A stretch of 59,520 nucleotides of DNA, filler included, from Stramenopiles sp. TOSAG23-2 (taxonomy: Eukaryota): NCBI GenBank assembly GCA_900128395.1. It is 6 parts of 6 records of this genome, joined end to end, with 100 filler letters (N's around TTAATTAATTAA, not from the genome) between each part and the next. Parts side by side here need not be neighbours in the genome. Positions count along the whole stretch, not along the records: positions 49,695 to 59,520 come from LT650070.1; 5 more parts are not named here. One strand, given 5' to 3'. A program made the position numbers and the translations under genes. This document shows, in pieces, positions 53,919 through 59,520 of the stretch (position 1 is the first letter of the stretch; the number at the start of each line of letters is the position of its first letter). The notes below the pieces were generated by a model. The model worked only from the letters and a program-made list of their open reading frames with translations. It was not told the origin of the DNA and ran no database searches.

Positions 53919-55706
53919 ATGATATTATTAAAACAAACTACTACCGGGATAAAATTATTATTATTATTATGTATAATAATGATATTTTTATCAAGTGTTG
54001 TTGTGAAAGTAAATGCAAAAAGAGGTTTCATGTCAAAGGTTGTACGTGGTTTACATGATCTTGATGTTATAAAAACGAAATTCTTAAATGACATGGAAGA
54101 TTTTAAACATGACGTTGTTGTCAATTCAAAACAAGAATATGGGGATAAAGATGAAGTACATAGTTTTGCATCAACCGGCGAATGGCATTGTTTACCACAA
54201 GAAAATAACTATAATATATTTAAGCTTGGAATGAATCTTTTTAGAACCGTGAACTTCAATGTAACCGCAGATAACTGGGAGGATGGACAAGGTTATATGA
54301 GTTTCGATGTTTCAAAAGATCGTAATAGATTATGTGGTTTATGGAATAGTTATCACCCAGCGTTGCCAAAATTAATATTCAATGAAACACGAATTGAATG
54401 GATATACTTAACGGAACGCCCAATAAGTATTAAACAAACTGTTGAAAGTGTATTAGCATTTATTCCAATCCTTCATCCATCATTTATATCAAAAATCAGT
54501 AGTTTTTTTGGTATGTGTGCTGATTGCGATCAAGATAATTACGTTGATGGTGGGAAATGTGGTTATACTGCAGAGCAATGCAATACATATTGGGTAAGCT
54601 CAAAAAGTAGGAAATGTCCATCTAATAATGAATTATTGCCAACAAATGTTGGTACTTTAAGATGTATTAGTGATGACGTGCAAGGGGAAAAAGGATGGTG
54701 CTCATTACGCATTGGGCCATGGCATAATGTGTGCGTGCGTGTTAGAAGCATGGAAGATGTTTCAGAAGATGCAACGGAGAAAGTAAATTACAGCATGAAT
54801 ATATATACACAATACGATTTATCATATTTACACAATTTCGTAGTTGGTGCAATATTAGTTGCCAATGCACATTCAGTAGCTAGTTGGCGTCCTGCACATT
54901 ATATCATTGGATATTCATTTGGTGCAATAGCGGCTATTGTAGTGTTAATACGTTCTTTTTTTAAAAGTACGCAAGAAGCAATGATGCCATCGCCATTACG
55001 ATCACTTGCATCGTTGACCCCTTTATTTACATTTGCCTTTGTCGGCCCTTTGTGGAATAATTTAGTAATGCCAGCATTAACGCAAGTTTTGCATTTGTAT
55101 TTCTGCACTAGGCGTACATGTTTAGTTTATGAACCAAAAACATCGTCAGAATTTTACATGTCATGGTTCACAAAGTTAACTATAACCATATCTGGATTTA
55201 TTGGTATGTATTTAGTATCTTATTTTAAAATATTTAAAACAATTGTCGCAGAAGATCCTGAATTAGATGAATTCGACCGTGAACATATTGTAACAAGTAG
55301 ACCAGCTAGTCAAATATTATTGTGCACTGTTATGGAATATGCTGGATATGGTATCCTGTGTCATTGTACATCGAATGGTTTTATATCAGCAATTATCATC
55401 ACAATGTTATTTTTCCGCAGTTTCCTCGACTATCGTGCAAAGTTATTGTGGTTATGGTATTGGTCTAGATCACCAGCAGAATACCGTGAATTATTGAATG
55501 AAGAAGAATGGAATCGAATAGGGAAAAACCATACAGATCACCATATTGCAAAGTTACAGGAATATTTACGTACACCAGAAGGAAGAAAATCGATGGGTAG
55601 AGTGAAAGAATATGAAATGACTCAAAGATTTGCTAATGGTGGAAATCATATTGATTTCGATGAGGATGAAGAGGGAGAAGGTAGTTCCTGGTGTACTATT
55701 ATGTGA
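53919..55706 (+). CDS. NEMP-like nuclear envelope integral membrane protein
   Basis: signal peptide, about 5 TM segments, and ELLNEEEW..IGK.HT...IAKLQEYLRTP...RFANGGNHI resembling the conserved NEMP nucleoplasmic region; ends CTIM. Confidence 0.7.
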   Translation: MILLKQTTTGIKLLLLLCIIMIFLSSVVVKVNAKRGFMSKVVRGLHDLDVIKTKFLNDMEDFKHDVVVNSKQEYGDKDEVHSFASTGEWHCLPQENNYNIFKLGMNLFRTVNFNVTADNWEDGQGYMSFDVSKDRNRLCGLWNSYHPALPKLIFNETRIEWIYLTERPISIKQTVESVLAFIPILHPSFISKISSFFGMCADCDQDNYVDGGKCGYTAEQCNTYWVSSKSRKCPSNNELLPTNVGTLRCISDDVQGEKGWCSLRIGPWHNVCVRVRSMEDVSEDATEKVNYSMNIYTQYDLSYLHNFVVGAILVANAHSVASWRPAHYIIGYSFGAIAAIVVLIRSFFKSTQEAMMPSPLRSLASLTPLFTFAFVGPLWNNLVMPALTQVLHLYFCTRRTCLVYEPKTSSEFYMSWFTKLTITISGFIGMYLVSYFKIFKTIVAEDPELDEFDREHIVTSRPASQILLCTVMEYAGYGILCHCTSNGFISAIIITMLFFRSFLDYRAKLLWLWYWSRSPAEYRELLNEEEWNRIGKNHTDHHIAKLQEYLRTPEGRKSMGRVKEYEMTQRFANGGNHIDFDEDEEGEGSSWCTIM

Positions 55707-55932
55707 TCGTGTAGTTTGTTTTTGTACGAACGTATTATACGCATATTTTTATTGCGCTTGAAAAAGGAACACACACTATATGATAATTACAAAATGTGTG
55801 TTTAAAAATTATTTCTATATATATACGAAGTTAATTTATATAGACAGGCGGAGTCCTTCAACATTTTTTTAAAATCCTTAAAATTAGGGAAAATACTTAA
55901 AATTTATTAAGCGAAATTCGTGTATTATTTTA

Positions 55933-56670
55933 TTAAAAAAGTATCCTTGCAATAGCATTTCCCATCTCAACTTCCTTCTCTAGCTGCATTCCATGTCCAC
56001 AATCTTCAATAACAACTGTTTTGATTCCGTTTGATTTTGCCCTATCAACTCCAACTTTAGGATCTGTAACAGTTTCAAGTTCTGGCATAATTAAAACGAC
56101 GTTGGCTGCTGAACTTAATTGTTGAAGCTCTTTATCAGAAAACGAATATGGCGAGATACCAAGATCATATTCATAACTTACATCCATCATTGCAAGTTGG
56201 TATTTCAATGCACTTTGAAGATGTTCATTTTCCAAATCATAGTTTGGGCTTGTCACATAATCATAATACCACTTTACATCGAACCCCATTGTGTTTTGAA
56301 AGATAGCAGGCATTAAAACATGATACCAAAATCCTACTCTAACTGGCGTGACAACAGCTGCTGGTGCATTTAATATAATATTTCTACCTTTTACTAAGTC
56401 GGGCGCTTCTATCCCAACAGAAGTTGAAACAAAACTACCATTTGAATAACCAACTAAATCAGCATTTTCAATTTTTAAATATGCCATAAGATCTTTAACC
56501 CATTTTCCATGATCACCTTTCTCTGATGGGCATTTAATGGGTAAACTTCTACCTGCATCACAAATATAATCAACAGCAATCATATGAAATTTAGATTGCA
56601 TCTCAGTTGATTGTACTTGATATTTCCATGATGTTGAAGTATCACGTGCACCATGAAAAAATAAAACCAC
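55933..56670 (-). CDS. alpha/beta-hydrolase, lacking an evident start (5'-incomplete or pseudogenised)
   Basis: PVVLFFHG, nucleophile elbow GYSNG, catalytic His in CGHG; in-frame TAG TAA just upstream and no ATG. Confidence 0.75.
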   Translation of the reverse strand: MVLFFHGARDTSTSWKYQVQSTEMQSKFHMIAVDYICDAGRSLPIKCPSEKGDHGKWVKDLMAYLKIENADLVGYSNGSFVSTSVGIEAPDLVKGRNIILNAPAAVVTPVRVGFWYHVLMPAIFQNTMGFDVKWYYDYVTSPNYDLENEHLQSALKYQLAMMDVSYEYDLGISPYSFSDKELQQLSSAANVVLIMPELETVTDPKVGVDRAKSNGIKTVVIEDCGHGMQLEKEVEMGNAIARILF

Positions 56671-57078
56671 TGGTACACTGGTAAATTACTAATTAGGATT
56701 TTTATAGACAAAAATACCACAGGCCAGGCCTACGCGTAGCTGGGCTAGCCAGCTAGCAGGCAGCCAGGCAGGTAGATCTAGCCTGGCTAGCACAATAACA
56801 ATTTACAATATTAATATTATTATTGTACCGCAACCACACCACCAGGTATTATACAAATTAATGTAGTTTTAATTTTGTATTATTATCTATATATATATCA
56901 TTTTAACTCCGTACACACACACTCTCTCTCTCCTGTCTATATATATACACATTGTAACAAATAATCTTCAAGTATATAATTAACATTATCATCAATAGTA
57001 TCCTGATTGGTTCACCCCCCTTAAATTTTTGATAATATTGATTTCTTTTTTTAAAAAAAGGTTCTATATATATAACAA

Positions 57079-59076
57079 ATGACATCTCTATCAACACAAA
57101 ATCCTATGGATGCTATAAGAAACGTAGTAAAGGCAAAGAAGGAAGGAAAACAAACTAATACTGAGCCACTCCCGGTGACTGTATTGTCTGGATTTTTAGG
57201 TGCTGGAAAAACCACAACGTTGAAACATATTTTGGAGAATCGTGATGGTCTACGTGTAGCTGTTGTTGTAAATGATATGGCAGACGTAAATGTAGATGCG
57301 AACCTTATAGCAGATCAAGGCACGTTGGTAAAAGCAGAAGAAAAAATGGTAGCACTTTCAAATGGTTGTATTTGTTGTACGTTAAGAGAAGATTTATTTG
57401 TAGAGCTAGCTAAACTTGCTGCAAGGCCAGAAGGTCTTGATCATATTATTATAGAAAGTTCAGGGATATCCGAACCAATGCCAGTAGCAGAAACGTTTAC
57501 TTTTAAAGATGCAATGGGTACATCATTAAGTGATGTTGCAAGATTAGACACTTTAGTAACAGTAGTTGATGGCGCGTCATTCCTTGATGAATTATATGCA
57601 GCAGATTCATTACGAGTACGAGGTTGGGAAGCATCTGCAGATGATGAAAGAACTGTGGCACAACTTTTTTGTGATCAATTAGAATTTGCAAATGTAATAA
57701 TAATGAATAAAATGGATCTAATGGATGATGAAGAACGTGCACGTCTTCGAGCAATTTTGACACGATTTAATCCTAGTGCAAAATTAATTGAAGCTACATA
57801 TGGTCGTATTGAACCAAAACAAATTCTTGGAACTGGGCTTTTTAATTTTGAAAAGGCGGAACAACATCCAGAATGGCTCAAGGAGGCACGAATTGGTGAA
57901 CATGTACCAGAAAGTATTGAATATGGTATTTCTTCGTTCACATTTTTTAGCAACCGCCCTTTCAATGTGATACGTCTTGAAGAACTTACAACAGTTATGG
58001 AAAAACGTACTACGTTTAAAAAAAAAGTAAAAGATGATGATGATGGTAATAATAATAACAATAATAATGATGAATTAAAAGAAGAAAAAGTAGTATCAGA
58101 CGAGACGACTCCGTTGGCTAGTGTGTTAGGTTTAAAAAGTTCAGTTACAGAAGATGCACGGAAAGCTGCACTGCAAGTTGTTCGTGCTAAAGGATTAGTA
58201 TGGCTTGCTAACCGTCGTAGCCATTGGCAACAAGGTATTGCATCTTTAGCTGGTCGTGATTTCACTATTGATTTTGGTACACCATGGAAAGCAGCTGTTG
58301 ACTTAGCAGGACATCAGGAGGCGCCGGAGGAGAAGAAAATAGGACAGATTTTAGAAGAAGATCAACTTTGGGGTGATCGACGAACAGAATTAGTTGTCAT
58401 AGGTCAAGATATGGACCATGCTGCTATGATGGAGGCATTACAAGCATGTGTAGTAACAGACGAAGAAATGGCTTTTTACACTTCAACCTATAGAAATGAC
58501 GTACCATTTTTCACTCCATCAGATAAGAAAATGCCAGGTAATCAAGATGATTTGGAAGAACGAATTAGACGGTATAACATTGAAATTCTTGCACCAAAAA
58601 AGAAAAAGACACAAGTTTTAAATATGACACCAAAATCTACTTTGGTTCTGTCTGCTCATAGTTGTATTGCTGAATTCTTAGGCATATCTAAAGAAGTAGC
58701 ATCTTTTCAAATTAAACAATATCTTAGATATGCTCATTTATTTCCGGAACTTGCAAGTGGACTTGTAAAAAAATTTCAATTTCCTTTAGCAACTGCTGAT
58801 AAGCAAACTTCCATCTTGGCAGATCAAACTATCGGACTTGCATTGTCTAATGCGATTAAAGCATTAAATGTTGGGGATAAAGTTGAACTTGAATGGCGAC
58901 AAATCCGAGTAGAAATGGAAACTACTGTAGATGAAGATCGTTACAGTATCATTGAGCAATGTAATAAACTTGTCGAATTAGATGAAAATGCAGAAGCTGC
59001 TTTACTCAAACAATACCCACAACCACAAATTATGATTCGTAAACTTCAAAGTACAACAACATCATCATCATCATCA

Positions 59077-59111
<35 letters not shown>

Positions 59112-59169
59112 GAAACAGAAGAAAAATAAGAAGAACAAAAAAAAAGGAAAGAAGGGAAAAAGAAGATGA
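57079..59169 (+). CDS. COG0523/CobW-family zinc metallochaperone GTPase with an extra C-terminal domain
   Basis: GFLGAGKTT, GCICC, ESSG, NKMD; CobW_C motifs EYGISSF, VRAKG, WGDRRTELVVIG; ~200-aa additional domain and a basic tail. Confidence 0.93.
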
Positions 59170-59520
59170 TGAGGACAAGAGAGAGAGATGATGTGTGTGT
59201 GTGATTAATATTAATATATTTATATAATATATTTTGTACATTATATAAAGACAGGGGGCTTGTATGATACGTTTCGTATTCAGTTTTTTATTTTTTTGTG
59301 TACGAATACAAAAAAATAATATGCGCTACTATGCATACTACAAATTATTTATCAGACGCTTTTTGTATTTTATCTTAGTTTTTATTTTTTATTTTAAAAT
59401 ATTGAACAAAAAATATGCTTATACATTTATTAAAATATATTTTTTATATAAAATATAAAATGCATAATAAATATTTTTGTTTAATCTCTCCATTCAACTC
59501 GTAACAAAGATTTACTCATG

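Noticed and set aside
1-59520. Short antisense and overlapping ORFs in the track; tRNA/rRNA/snRNA genes; alternative genetic code
   Set aside because: Short ORFs are shadows of real genes or AT-rich noise; GGTTCGA hits fall inside CDS with no cloverleaf; long genes end at TAA, TAG or TGA where family C-termini are expected

Overview
AT-rich, intron-poor eukaryotic DNA in the standard genetic code, with poly-Asn tracts. It probably comes from a phagotrophic marine protist, possibly a stramenopile (inference). The window is not contiguous. It is six unrelated contigs (1-9854, 9955-19800, 19901-29738, 29839-39667, 39768-49594, 49695-59520; lengths 9854, 9846, 9838, 9829, 9827, 9826, i.e. size-sorted) joined by 100-bp N44-TTAATTAATTAA-N44 linkers, so synteny across linkers means nothing. 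Recognisable genes: ORC2, DUF4116-type repeat protein, LRR + 8 EF-hand protein, THUMP methyltransferase, HECT E3, PP2C, JmjC oxygenase, class-III aminotransferase, CRAL-TRIO, GH20 hexosaminidase, Nudix, RING E3, AGC kinase, SGSH-like sulfatase, NAP, Canopy-like, arrestin-domain, GH38 mannosidase, NEMP-like, alpha/beta hydrolase and a COG0523/CobW GTPase. The most striking structure is in contig 5: a 3,008-bp DNA transposon (41064-44071) with perfect 19-bp terminal inverted repeats and an AAT target-site duplication. It carries two divergent orphan ORFs and no transposase, and it splits a decayed membrane-protein gene. Next to it lies a scrambled mosaic of tail-fibre-like and peptidase-S74 chaperone fragments. 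Assembly artefacts are also visible: an Illumina adapter and several ~110-140 bp tandem duplications.
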